Below are positions 10,109 to 20,256 of a stretch of 55,541 nucleotides of DNA, piece after piece. Positions within the stretch are counted from its first letter, which is position 1. Every line of letters starts with the position of its first letter. This DNA comes from an uncultured Gammaproteobacteria bacterium (GTDB lineage Bacteria > Patescibacteriota > Patescibacteriia > Magasanikbacterales > UBA922). The notes under the pieces are model-generated. The model was not told the origin of the DNA, did no database searches, and saw only the letters and a list, made by a program, of their open reading frames with translations. Both the position numbers and the translations under genes were made by a program. Location: positions 1-55,541 of the forward strand of contig CAZFUL010000003.1 in assembly GCA_964522435.1 (NCBI GenBank), read 5' to 3'.

Positions 10109-10420
10109 TTATTTTAATCCAGCCTCTTTCCGCAAAGAATATCCTAATACAACACGAATCAGGACAATCGCAAATAGTTGCAATGTTTGTCCGGACTGAA
10201 CAATAATTGCCGCTAAGACAATGTCTGCAGCAATGATAAATTCCAAACCAAAAATAATTCGGGTCGCAAGCTGATGGCGTACCTGCCCCATGCTGTAGCG
10301 AGGAAGGATAACTTTAACCAAGGCAATAAGAATAGAAACAAGGACAATACTTATCCCAACATATTCGACAATAAATCCAGCCTGTTCAATAATGAGTCTT
10401 ATTTGTTGATGGATAGCCAT
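10109..10420 (-). CDS. DUF1622-like small membrane protein
   Basis: GLEFIIAADIV and IVLIRVVLGYSL motifs, three hydrophobic segments. Confidence 0.75.
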   Translation of the reverse strand: MAIHQQIRLIIEQAGFIVEYVGISIVLVSILIALVKVILPRYSMGQVRHQLATRIIFGLEFIIAADIVLAAIIVQSGQTLQLFAIVLIRVVLGYSLRKEAGLK

Positions 10421-10442
10421 ATTGATTTGGATATATACATAA

Positions 10443-13400
10443 TTATAGTTGTTCTTGAGGTAGATCAATAACGACGTCTTCTTCGAGGACGAGATCGTCA
10501 CCTTCAACGGGGACGTTCAACAGCGGCGCTGACACCTCTTCTTCGACAATATCTTCAACAACGTCTTCTTGTTCTAGGCCTGGTGGTTCTCCAGGTGCCT
10601 CTTCTTCCACCAATTCATCATCAATAGATTCTTCTTCTATCACCTCTGGCAATGAGACATCTTCGGCAACCTCTTCTTCGGGCACATCAATTGGTCGATC
10701 TACAATAACCACCCAATCAAAGGTAGCATTACTTTGACCATTGAGCAGTTCTTGAACAAAAAATCCTTCTTGCGTTTTTTCTTTTATATAAATACCGTGT
10801 GACTCACTGGTGAGTGTTACATTGATACGAAAGTCTGTTTGTTCTCCTATAATATACTGTGTCACACTATCAAAAGAAATAAATGCAGCCCCTGCTTCTA
10901 ATTGTCCAGATCCAGAAAGCACATACTGGGATTGCTGCGATTGCAGTGCGTATAGTGCTGTACGCTCACCTTCTGTTTCTACCGTTGTAATAAATCGTCC
11001 ATACTCATCAATCATCCAACGCCCATCAACCCCCTCGATGCTGCGTACCTGTAATAAGCCATAGCCATTAAAATCAAGATTATTAGTAATAGAAACAATT
11101 TGTCCATTATTATTTATATCAACGTGCAGCGCTTGCGGATTATGAGCAAGTGGTTCCCCGATACTTAATGCCAACAAATCCATTTGTTCTTGTAATTCCG
11201 TAATGCTTGCTTGCAATCCATTTGCCCAACCAGAACGAACCAAGGACATAATTTTACCAGAACCCTGTTCGAGTGGTTCTAGCGCAACACCAATAATAGC
11301 AACCGTCCCTCGTTCATTTGCCTGTTCTGGATTATACCGCATGGCATGGCCTGGCGTAGTAGCACTTACTAATAAATCACCTCGTTCAATTGGACCATTT
11401 TCATCAGTGACCTTAACCGGCACACGACCGACCATAGCAAGAACCGAGGTAAATTCTGTTCTTCCACTTCCAATAGTAATTGTCGGATTTGTTGATACGA
11501 CCCCAGCAATAGCAGTCGCATAGGCCTGAGTACTCTTTGTATATCTATCAGTATCTTGCACATCTACCACCATAACGTCGCCTGGTTCTACCTGCAAACC
11601 AGGTTCAATGTCCACTCGTTCAGCTAAGTCTCCTGGGGTGCCTGGGGTACTTACTGCCACTGCCTCACCATAATAGGTTCCTGTTGTATGTACATTTCCA
11701 TTGGTAGCAATAGAAAAAACAGGCGTATTTCCATTTCTTACAGAAAATAAATACGTGGAGGTATTAATCGCCAACTCATTTCTTGTGTTAAAAATATACG
11801 CGTATTGATCCGTGCTGGTTACGGCTGTTTCAAATAACGCTGTGTGAGAAAATTTTATCGTGTTTGTTACAGAAACAGTCGTGGTATTCGCAGAAAGTGC
11901 TAATCCTCCATTAATTAACAATCCACCATTTCCTATAGAGGCACTATTACGAATGTGAATACTATCAGAAAAATAGGCTGTTTGCTCTACTTGTAGTCGT
12001 TCAATATTTGCCGTACCCAAACTACTTTGGGCGATATCGGCCCCATTTAAATGAACAATCCCTACGGTATCATCTGTGGTATCTCCAAAAAATAAATACT
12101 GCCCTGCTAAATCAATGTTTTCTGCACCCCCAATATCGGTTTCAGAAATAATGGTATATGCGCCAATGTCTCCGCGGTCTGTCCCTAAATCAATAATTTG
12201 CAAACTTTGTGCCGCATTGGTATCAGCAATATATAAATATCTTCCAGCAACAACAATGTCTTCTGGTGTACCAGGATTTGCATAATCTCCCAAATCAACC
12301 GGGTTCGTTGGGTCAGCCACACTTACCACAGAAATATCAGAGTTCCCTGGTCTCGTAATAAAAACGTGATTACCAGAAACAAAAATTTTTCTCGCAGCAG
12401 CAGCAAAGCCAAAATCTACCACACCAATTGAATTCATGTTTTGAACATCACTTGCGTCAATCACACTCAGCCCTAATGCTGTTGTCAATATATATAAATA
12501 TCTTCCACGAATTGCAATGTCTTCTGCGGTTCCGCTTCCTGCATACGTGGCAACTAATTCAGGGTCTGTTGGATCAGAAATATCCATAACATAAATATCA
12601 CTCACTCCTCCTCCTAAATAGGCATAGGCCCCCTGAACAAGCACTTCTTTAATAATAGCGTCTTGCACTGTTACAGAACTTAGCTCTTTTACCTCATAGG
12701 GATTTGATACATCTAAAATCGCAAACACCGTACCATTATTTCCCACATACACATACTCTCCGACAACGGTAATAACAGAAACATTGTATGCAGGATCAAA
12801 CACCGTCGTTGTTACAGGACTAAAGGGATCACTCATATCAACAATCGCTAAACCACCATTTCCCATCGCAACATAGGCATAATTTCCTTCTATATCAATA
12901 TCAAGGGGGCTTCCGGGTAAATTAATATCATCCCCGCTGTCATAATACGGGTCAAGAATTTTTCCTTGAATATAGGTCGTGTTTACAATCGTGGTTGTCC
13001 CTGTAAGATAACTGGTGCTGCTTACGGTGAGCGCACCAGCGATCGTCGTGTCTCCGTCTTCATCGACCCTAAATTTTTCTACCCCGCCAAGAGCAATACC
13101 AAACAGGGTTTCATCAGCATCTGCTAGGCCAGGATTAATATAGATCGTTCCCCCACCTACGGCAGATGATTGTGGGTCACCAATAAAAGTAAACCGACCG
13201 TTCGCGTCAGAATACGGAATGTAGGTAGAGGTTGCCGTGGTGCTGGGACTAATCCCCATTAAATACATGCTATTTATCGCATACCCCGCACTTGTTACTC
13301 GCTTACGTGGGGTCATTTTTTCTCCTTCAATCCAAATTTCTAAATATAATTCATCCTCTTCGGCGAATATACTTGTTGTAACCGCGTTTGTCCCTGCCCC

Positions 13401-13736
13401 CCCTAAATTTACTGAAAAAAGACCTGATGAGGGCGTTACGGCAATGGTACCCGTATTCCCCAAGGTGCCTGAAGCGGTATATAACAAATTCCCAGCAGCT
13501 TCGGCATCAAAAAGTAAAAAGGCCATGTCTTGTTCGGTACTTACCGACACCCCATCTTCAAATAGTTTTCCTTGGTACGTAATAATAGATGGAGGGGCCG
13601 CACTGTATGCCGTACTGGTTAAAAAAGTTGCAATAGAAAATAGAAAAAAAAGTAATGATAAAAGAGAGAGTGCGAGGATCATTCCCTGTGTTTGCTCTAT
13701 ACGTTTTTTAAAAAAATTACTCACAAAAAAATACAA
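10443..13736 (-). CDS. exported fibre/tailspike-like protein: N-terminal xYQG domain, LVIVD beta-propeller repeats, peptidase G2-like intramolecular chaperone, acidic tail
   Basis: Signal/TM then IITYQGKL...PRKRVTSAGYA; repeated IxVxGxYAYV..LxIxDxSDPxxP; GDLAE...IAGVVSTNP...VGRVPVKV..ENGPIERGDLLVSA..PGHAM; start may be M19 (13682). Confidence 0.8.
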   Translation of the reverse strand: MYFFVSNFFKKRIEQTQGMILALSLLSLLFFLFSIATFLTSTAYSAAPPSIITYQGKLFEDGVSVSTEQDMAFLLFDAEAAGNLLYTASGTLGNTGTIAVTPSSGLFSVNLGGAGTNAVTTSIFAEEDELYLEIWIEGEKMTPRKRVTSAGYAINSMYLMGISPSTTATSTYIPYSDANGRFTFIGDPQSSAVGGGTIYINPGLADADETLFGIALGGVEKFRVDEDGDTTIAGALTVSSTSYLTGTTTIVNTTYIQGKILDPYYDSGDDINLPGSPLDIDIEGNYAYVAMGNGGLAIVDMSDPFSPVTTTVFDPAYNVSVITVVGEYVYVGNNGTVFAILDVSNPYEVKELSSVTVQDAIIKEVLVQGAYAYLGGGVSDIYVMDISDPTDPELVATYAGSGTAEDIAIRGRYLYILTTALGLSVIDASDVQNMNSIGVVDFGFAAAARKIFVSGNHVFITRPGNSDISVVSVADPTNPVDLGDYANPGTPEDIVVAGRYLYIADTNAAQSLQIIDLGTDRGDIGAYTIISETDIGGAENIDLAGQYLFFGDTTDDTVGIVHLNGADIAQSSLGTANIERLQVEQTAYFSDSIHIRNSASIGNGGLLINGGLALSANTTTVSVTNTIKFSHTALFETAVTSTDQYAYIFNTRNELAINTSTYLFSVRNGNTPVFSIATNGNVHTTGTYYGEAVAVSTPGTPGDLAERVDIEPGLQVEPGDVMVVDVQDTDRYTKSTQAYATAIAGVVSTNPTITIGSGRTEFTSVLAMVGRVPVKVTDENGPIERGDLLVSATTPGHAMRYNPEQANERGTVAIIGVALEPLEQGSGKIMSLVRSGWANGLQASITELQEQMDLLALSIGEPLAHNPQALHVDINNNGQIVSITNNLDFNGYGLLQVRSIEGVDGRWMIDEYGRFITTVETEGERTALYALQSQQSQYVLSGSGQLEAGAAFISFDSVTQYIIGEQTDFRINVTLTSESHGIYIKEKTQEGFFVQELLNGQSNATFDWVVIVDRPIDVPEEEVAEDVSLPEVIEEESIDDELVEEEAPGEPPGLEQEDVVEDIVEEEVSAPLLNVPVEGDDLVLEEDVVIDLPQEQL

Positions 13737-13838
13737 CGGTTCAATAGCTTAAAAAGGCAATTAGATATAATTTGCCATCTTTATTCTATCATAATTGCTG
13801 TATTTTTCCGATACGTTGCTTGTGCAAAACATTCTTTT

Positions 13839-16526
13839 TTATACCCACGCACCCCAGCGCTTCCCAATGTTGATGTCGGCGATCACAGGAACAGCCAGTG
13901 TTACCACCGCCTCCATCGCTTGTTTTATTTCAGTAGCAATTTTTTTACTTGCTTCGTTTTTTATTTCAAATACCAACTCATCATGTACTTGCAACAAAAA
14001 GCGTACGTCATCTTTTACATAATAACTCTGTTTTTCGCACAATTCATCCACGGCAATCATTGCTAATTTTACAATATCCGCCTGGGTGCCCTGTATCGGC
14101 ATATTTACCGCCATACGCTCTGCCGCCGTACGAAGTTGGTGATTGGGTGAGTTAAGTTCTGGAATATAGCGTCTTCTCCCATAGAGGGTTTCTGTATACC
14201 CATCTCTTTTTCCCTTGTTAACGACGTCCTCTAAATAGGTTTTGACACCTGCAAAACTCGTAAAATATTTTTTAATAAATTCACGCGCTTCAGCATGACT
14301 CATGCCAGTCCGTGCCGCTAATCCAAACGGTCCCATACCATATAACACACCAAAATTTACTTCTTTGGCAGAACGACGCATCTCGGGTGTTACTTCTTCT
14401 AATGAGACCCCATGAATCACGGCGGCGGTCGCTTTATGCACATCTTCTCCTTTTTCAAAAATACTCATGAGCTGTGTGTCTTGAGCCAACGACGCTACTA
14501 TACGCAATTCAATTTGTGAATAATCTGCCGCGACCAAATCATACCCATCTTCTGACAAAAATGCTTCGCGAATTTTTTTACCGTACTCGCTGCGAATCGG
14601 AATATTTTGTAAATTGGGATCAGTACTCGATAATCGTCCTGTTGCAGCAACGGCTTGATTATATGACGTATGAATTCTCCCCGTTTGTGCATTTACCAAG
14701 GTTGGGAGTACATCAATATAGGTGTTTTGTAATTTCGTTAATTCTCGATGTTCTTCTATTAAAGAAATAATCGGGTGCATGTTTTTTAATTTTTCCAATT
14801 CACTCGCGGCAGTGGAATATCCTGTTTTTCCTTTTTTTATTCCCTCGGTAGGTAATGCTAATCGGTCAAACAAGATATCTCGTAGCTGTACAGAGGAATT
14901 CACATTAAACACCTCGCCAGCATGCCCGTGAATTTCTTTTACCATCTCAGTAATTTCTTTTGCTACCTGTACAGACAATTCTGACAACAATTCAGTGTCC
15001 ACTTTTATTCCTGTTAATTCCATGCGTGCTAATACAAAAGTAACATTCATTTCTAATGAAAAAAACAGTTCTTCTTGTTGCGCTTCTTTCAATTTTTTTC
15101 GTTGCACCTCGTATACCTCAAACAAATATTGGTAGTCTGTGACAATGTGTTGTACATCATCAGCAAACAACGATGCCTGTTGCTCTTCACCAATATCAAT
15201 AGCCGTCTCTCGTAAAATAATACTCCGAACATCATGGGCTCGGGTGGTGGCATTATTAATATACGAAGCAATCATGGTATCAAATATCTGTGCCTGTATC
15301 TCTGTTCCGTAACGGAGCAATACTTTTATTAATTGTTTCAAATCATGACCAATAATAAAAAGATTCTTTTGTTCAAACAAGGCAAACACCTGTTCTTTAT
15401 TTTTTTTCGAAAGTGCCGCAATATCAATAGAGTAGGTCTTTTTTTCTGTAACAAATACCAAGGCATGTAGCGGATCTGAAATAGAATTTGTCCCTGCTAA
15501 CACTTCTTTACACACAATCATTTTTTGTTTTTTTAACACAGCGACCGTGTCAGCAAGCTCGCCATCGCGAACGAGAGTATAGGGTCGTGGCTTTTCTTTT
15601 TTTATTGTTGTTTTTTCTTCTTGCTTTTTCTCACTCCCTGGCAAGCGTTTAATTAATGAAAAAAATTCAAAGCGTTTCAGTAACGCAATTATTGCCTGTT
15701 GGTCATAGTCATGAAACGGGATAAGTGGAAGGCTAATTGGCGCATTTGGGACATCTCGTACAATCGTTGCCAATTGTTTACTCAAAAAGGCCGCGTCCTT
15801 ATCTGCGACAAGTTTTTTTATAACAGAAGGACTCAATGTGGTGGTATTGGTATCAATATGTGTGTATAACTCTTCAATACTTCTTTCTTTTATCAAAATG
15901 TCGGTAGCTGTTTTTTTCCCAATTCCTTTTACCCCAGGAATATTATCCGAAGGATCCCCCATGAGTGCTTTAAAATCTGGAATTTGTTTTGCCGCAAAAC
16001 CAAAGACCTCTCGTACTTTCTGTTCATCGTAGGCGGTAAATTCAGACATACCGCGGCCAAGTAAATACACTTTTACCCGCGAGTCCTTCACCAGTTGCAG
16101 CAGATCTCTATCACCGGTTACCACAAGTACATCCGTGTCTGTTGTTTCTTCTGTAACAACACGACTCAGGGTCCCAATCATGTCATCGGCTTCATATCCC
16201 GCTTGTTCATATATAGGAATACCAAAGGCATGTACCACGTCATATACCAAAGGAATCTGCGCATAGAGCGCATCATCCGCTTTTTCTCTGGTGGCTTTAT
16301 ATTCTGTGTACAGTTCATCTCGAAATGTGCCTCCCGCAACATCAAAACAAACCGCCACATAGGTTGGATGGATATCTTGAAGAATTTTTAGCAGCATGGA
16401 GGTAAAACCAAACACCGCGTTTACCATAGTGCCGTCCGCAACGGTCAGTGGCGGCAAGGCATGGTATGCACGGTGAATAATGGCATGGCCATCAATAATA
16501 ACCAGGGTTTTTCTTTCTGTTTTCAT
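13839..16526 (-). CDS. polA: DNA polymerase I
   Basis: 5'-3' exonuclease (IDGHAIIHRAYHA, YEADD, GDPSDNIPGV), polymerase motifs DYSQIELR, KEVNFGVLYG, LLQVHDELVFE. Confidence 0.97.
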   Translation of the reverse strand: MKTERKTLVIIDGHAIIHRAYHALPPLTVADGTMVNAVFGFTSMLLKILQDIHPTYVAVCFDVAGGTFRDELYTEYKATREKADDALYAQIPLVYDVVHAFGIPIYEQAGYEADDMIGTLSRVVTEETTDTDVLVVTGDRDLLQLVKDSRVKVYLLGRGMSEFTAYDEQKVREVFGFAAKQIPDFKALMGDPSDNIPGVKGIGKKTATDILIKERSIEELYTHIDTNTTTLSPSVIKKLVADKDAAFLSKQLATIVRDVPNAPISLPLIPFHDYDQQAIIALLKRFEFFSLIKRLPGSEKKQEEKTTIKKEKPRPYTLVRDGELADTVAVLKKQKMIVCKEVLAGTNSISDPLHALVFVTEKKTYSIDIAALSKKNKEQVFALFEQKNLFIIGHDLKQLIKVLLRYGTEIQAQIFDTMIASYINNATTRAHDVRSIILRETAIDIGEEQQASLFADDVQHIVTDYQYLFEVYEVQRKKLKEAQQEELFFSLEMNVTFVLARMELTGIKVDTELLSELSVQVAKEITEMVKEIHGHAGEVFNVNSSVQLRDILFDRLALPTEGIKKGKTGYSTAASELEKLKNMHPIISLIEEHRELTKLQNTYIDVLPTLVNAQTGRIHTSYNQAVAATGRLSSTDPNLQNIPIRSEYGKKIREAFLSEDGYDLVAADYSQIELRIVASLAQDTQLMSIFEKGEDVHKATAAVIHGVSLEEVTPEMRRSAKEVNFGVLYGMGPFGLAARTGMSHAEAREFIKKYFTSFAGVKTYLEDVVNKGKRDGYTETLYGRRRYIPELNSPNHQLRTAAERMAVNMPIQGTQADIVKLAMIAVDELCEKQSYYVKDDVRFLLQVHDELVFEIKNEASKKIATEIKQAMEAVVTLAVPVIADINIGKRWGAWV

Positions 16527-16610
16527 AGTGCCTCAATCATAGCATAGCCCCGTCTTGAAAAAAAGCACTCCGCATGCTATTATTGCCAAGACATCATCGT
16601 GTTTTTTCAT

Positions 16611-16681
<71 letters not shown>

Positions 16682-16769
16682 CTCTCACTCACCGAAGCCC
16701 AAAGGGCGAAGGTGAGTCTTCCCCCTCCTAAGCCTTTGTGTAAATGGGTTTCTCCTTGGCCTATCCAAT

Positions 16770-16808
16770 AAACAAAAAACCCAGCCTTTCAGCCGGGTTT
16801 TTTTGTTT
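16770..16808. terminator. bidirectional terminator (G-U pair favours minus strand)
   Basis: Minus strand CCCGGC-TGAAAG-GCTGGG flanked by A and T tracts. Confidence 0.78.
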
Positions 16809-16821
16809 AGGATGCGATAGA

Positions 16822-17361
16822 TTACTTCACACGAGGATACACTTCCATCTTCAATTTTTTTACACCAAATTTTTTTGCAATTTGTAATGAGGCATCAAGG
16901 TCAAGGTTTCCTTTTTCGTCGCCAACAATGATATAAAAGTCAATACGACCTTTACCAGTATAACGAGCATTCATACGGTCACGTACCGTAAAGACGGTGT
17001 CACCATATAACTCAGGAAAACGAACTTGGGTACCAAGAGGCAAGTCATTACTTGCAATAGCATACACCGCTCCTTGCGCTTCAAACATTTCTTTATAATC
17101 AGACCCGTCTGCTGGAATAAACGGCGTACTATCTGTTTGATTCACATGACTCGAATACGCAGTAGCAACAACGTGCTTTACTCGTACCGGTTCACGGTCA
17201 TCACTCACAGGAAAGCGAGTCTCTTCTTTTGCTTGAACATCTTTTTTCAAGATATCAAACCAATTAAACCCTGCGGCATGGGTTGTTTGTGGCATAGCCA
17301 CCGTTACCATAACCACAGAAAGGATAATGGCTTGAACTTTCTTCAAAAGTAACTGTTTCAT
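16822..17361 (-). CDS. exported 3D (Asp-Asp-Asp) domain protein, MltA-like peptidoglycan hydrolase family
   Basis: Signal peptide, ATAYSS..NQTDSTPFI, ASNDLPLGT, TVRDRMN, RIDFY; start uncertain (17361 or 17373). Confidence 0.8.
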   Translation of the reverse strand: MKQLLLKKVQAIILSVVMVTVAMPQTTHAAGFNWFDILKKDVQAKEETRFPVSDDREPVRVKHVVATAYSSHVNQTDSTPFIPADGSDYKEMFEAQGAVYAIASNDLPLGTQVRFPELYGDTVFTVRDRMNARYTGKGRIDFYIIVGDEKGNLDLDASLQIAKKFGVKKLKMEVYPRVK

Positions 17362-17533
17362 ATAATGGGTCATTACTTTAACCAAACTGGATAGGTTTGT
17401 CCAGGGCGTCAAATAAAAAAGATAGCGATAGGCTACCTTGTTTTTTTCGACCAAGTACTATACCATAGATCTAAGGCTATGTCAATGGTTTTGAGCCTTT
17501 TTTATCCTTTTTTTGGCTAAAATAAGCAAAATT

Positions 17534-20209
17534 ATGAAAAATCGTTCTACTCGTAATTATGGGTATATTGCTCCCCCTTCTTCGCCGCAACGTCCAAACG
17601 AGCCAGGAAAGCGTCCGCCCCGTAAAAAACAGTCCCCTGTCACAAAAGCCGCTAAGCGCCTTGGATTAGGGCTCCTTTTTCTTATTTCATTACCTATAAA
17701 ATTCTTTCGCCTGCTCTCCCCAGACAAACGTTCCTCGCTTTTTCGGCTTCTCATAAAAGGTGTCTTCGTTATTGGGGTATTTGGGTTTGTGAGTGTGGTA
17801 GCGCTGTTTGCCTGGGCGAGTAAAGATTTGCCTGATCCAGACAAATTAACCGACCGCCCTATTGATCAAAGCACCATTATTTATGATAAGACAGGAACTC
17901 ACGAGTTGTATCAAATTTTTGCCGAAGAAAAACGTACCTTGGTTCAATTAGAAGATATTCCTCAAGAGGTGATCGATGGCGTTATAGCGACAGAAGACAC
18001 GGCCTTTTATGAACACAAAGGCATTCGTCCACTCAGTATTATCCGCTCTTTTGTATATGGAGTTTTAGGAAAAAATCGTATTGGTAGCGGTGCGTCCACA
18101 CTTACGCAACAACTCGTTAAAAACGCTATCCTTTCTCCAGAACAAACAGCATCACGCAAAGCAAAAGAAATTATTCTCTCTATTCGATTAGAACAAAAAT
18201 ATACAAAAGAACAAATCTTACAAATTTATTTTAATGAAATTCCTTACGGTTCTACTAATTATGGAATTGAATCTGCCGCACAAAGTTATTTTGGCAAATC
18301 CGTAAAAGACATTACCCTCTCTGAGGCCGCCGCACTTGCAGGCTTTCCAAAAGCCCCTACACGATACTTAAATGATCCAGAAGCGCTTAAACTGCGTCGT
18401 GATTTTGTGTTACGCCGCATGTTTGAAGAAGGATATATTACAGAAGAAGAAAAAAACACCGCGCAAGCAGAACCGTTGGTTATTAAAGAGCGCATAGAAA
18501 ATATTCACGCACCACACTTTGTATTATATGTAAAAGAAAAATTGGTTGACCAATTTGGAGAGCAAGCGGTAGAAACCGGAGGGTTGAAAGTGATCACCAC
18601 CCTAGACTGGGATATGCAACAAAAGGCAGAGCAAGCGTTTGACGATGCGGAAGAACGCTTTACCGAAGCGAATGCAGATAATGCATCCTTAGTGGCAATG
18701 GATCCCAAAAATGGCCACGTGCTTGCCTTAGTTGGATCACGAGATTTTTTTGATGATGAGATTGATGGACAATTTAATGTGGCGACTCTTGGAAAACGCC
18801 AACCTGGCTCATCATTTAAGCCGATTATTTATGCTGCCGCTTTTGAAAAAGGCTATACGCCTGAGACCGTCCTCTACGATGTCGTAACAAATTTTGCAGC
18901 TACAGGAAAACCCTACACCCCGCTTAATTATGATTTAGGTGAACGTGGTCCGGTTACTATTCGCGAGGCATTACAGGGATCATTAAACATTCCTGCGGTA
19001 AAAGCGCTTTACTTAGTCGGTGAAAAAAATGGGGTGAGCTTTGCAGAACGACTGGGCTATACAACACTCAGCGAAGGCAACTTTGGATTATCTCTTGTCC
19101 TTGGAGGCGGCGAGGTTACCCTCCTCGACCATGTGGTGGCATATAGTGTCTTTGCAAATGGCGGAGAAAAATTTCCTCCAGTAACTATTTTAAACGTACA
19201 AGATACTAGTGGTGACGTTTTATATGAGTGGAAACAACGTCCAGGAGAACGCGTTATCGAAAAAGATGTTGCAAGTACTCTCTCCAATGTATTAAGTGAC
19301 GATGCCGCAAGAACGTATGTGTTTGGAGCAAATAGCGTCCTCACCCTCCCGGGTCGTCCTGTTGCAGCAAAAACAGGAACAACAAATAACTATGTTGATG
19401 CCTGGACTATGGGATACACCCCGTCACTTGTTGCCGGTGTGTGGGCAGGCAATACCGATAACAGCCCTCTTACGAAGGGTTTTGGTGGTAGTCGGGTTGC
19501 GGGAGAAATTTGGAATAACTTTATGAAAAAAGCGCTCGACGGTTCCCCTGTGGAACAATTCCCTGAGCTTCCAGAAGTAACAACCACAAAACCGGTGCTC
19601 CGAGGATCTCAAGGAGGAAGAATAACCTTACAAGTAAACAGTGTCACTGGAAAAATTGCGACAAGCTCAACACCAGAAAAATATATTGTTGAAAAACAAT
19701 ATATTCAACCACATTCTATTTTGCACTATGTAAACAAAGATGATCCACAAGGACCAGCACCAGAAGATCCCAATAGTGATCCTCAATATGCTATTTGGGA
19801 AGCAGCAATCCAAGACTGGGTACAAAGAAAACAGCTCGCGGAGCCCACATGGCAAGTAAGCTTTGAAGATCCTCCAACAGAATATGATGATGAATATTCT
19901 CTGGAATTAATTCCACAGGTAGAAATCGTCTATCCAACACCAAGTACCACGATCTCCGGAAGACGACTGACGACCGACATTCGGGTGAGCGCCCCTCGCG
20001 GGGTAAAATGGGTAAAATATCGCCTAGATGAAAAATGGATCGGCGTTGAATACAATCACCCATTTAATTTTGATCAAGTAGTCGACAATGTTGCCGCAGG
20101 TCCCCACATACTCACGATCGTGGTAGAAGATGATATTGGCAACACCCTAGAAGAGTCCGTCCCGATTATCTTTAGTGACGAGCCCGAGAGTTTAGACGCG
20201 CAGCCATAA
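17534..20209 (+). CDS. class A penicillin-binding protein (PBP1A-type) with C-terminal Ig-like domain
   Basis: TM, GT51 motifs (ATEDTAFYEH, GASTLTQQLVKN, RKAKE), transpeptidase SSFK, SLN, KTGT. Confidence 0.93.
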   Translation: MKNRSTRNYGYIAPPSSPQRPNEPGKRPPRKKQSPVTKAAKRLGLGLLFLISLPIKFFRLLSPDKRSSLFRLLIKGVFVIGVFGFVSVVALFAWASKDLPDPDKLTDRPIDQSTIIYDKTGTHELYQIFAEEKRTLVQLEDIPQEVIDGVIATEDTAFYEHKGIRPLSIIRSFVYGVLGKNRIGSGASTLTQQLVKNAILSPEQTASRKAKEIILSIRLEQKYTKEQILQIYFNEIPYGSTNYGIESAAQSYFGKSVKDITLSEAAALAGFPKAPTRYLNDPEALKLRRDFVLRRMFEEGYITEEEKNTAQAEPLVIKERIENIHAPHFVLYVKEKLVDQFGEQAVETGGLKVITTLDWDMQQKAEQAFDDAEERFTEANADNASLVAMDPKNGHVLALVGSRDFFDDEIDGQFNVATLGKRQPGSSFKPIIYAAAFEKGYTPETVLYDVVTNFAATGKPYTPLNYDLGERGPVTIREALQGSLNIPAVKALYLVGEKNGVSFAERLGYTTLSEGNFGLSLVLGGGEVTLLDHVVAYSVFANGGEKFPPVTILNVQDTSGDVLYEWKQRPGERVIEKDVASTLSNVLSDDAARTYVFGANSVLTLPGRPVAAKTGTTNNYVDAWTMGYTPSLVAGVWAGNTDNSPLTKGFGGSRVAGEIWNNFMKKALDGSPVEQFPELPEVTTTKPVLRGSQGGRITLQVNSVTGKIATSSTPEKYIVEKQYIQPHSILHYVNKDDPQGPAPEDPNSDPQYAIWEAAIQDWVQRKQLAEPTWQVSFEDPPTEYDDEYSLELIPQVEIVYPTPSTTISGRRLTTDIRVSAPRGVKWVKYRLDEKWIGVEYNHPFNFDQVVDNVAAGPHILTIVVEDDIGNTLEESVPIIFSDEPESLDAQP

Positions 20210-20218
20210 GCATATACA

Positions 20219-20246
20219 TAAAAACCCTGCTCGTGCAGGGTTTTTA
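20219..20246. terminator. bidirectional terminator between PBP1A and dnaN
   Basis: TAAAAACCCTGC-TCGT-GCAGGGTTTTTA. Confidence 0.88.
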
Positions 20247-20256
20247 GTAACAGCTG

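Noticed and set aside
13237-14155. Several plus-strand ORFs between and over the fibre gene and polA
   Set aside because: Antisense to well-supported genes, with no coding signature
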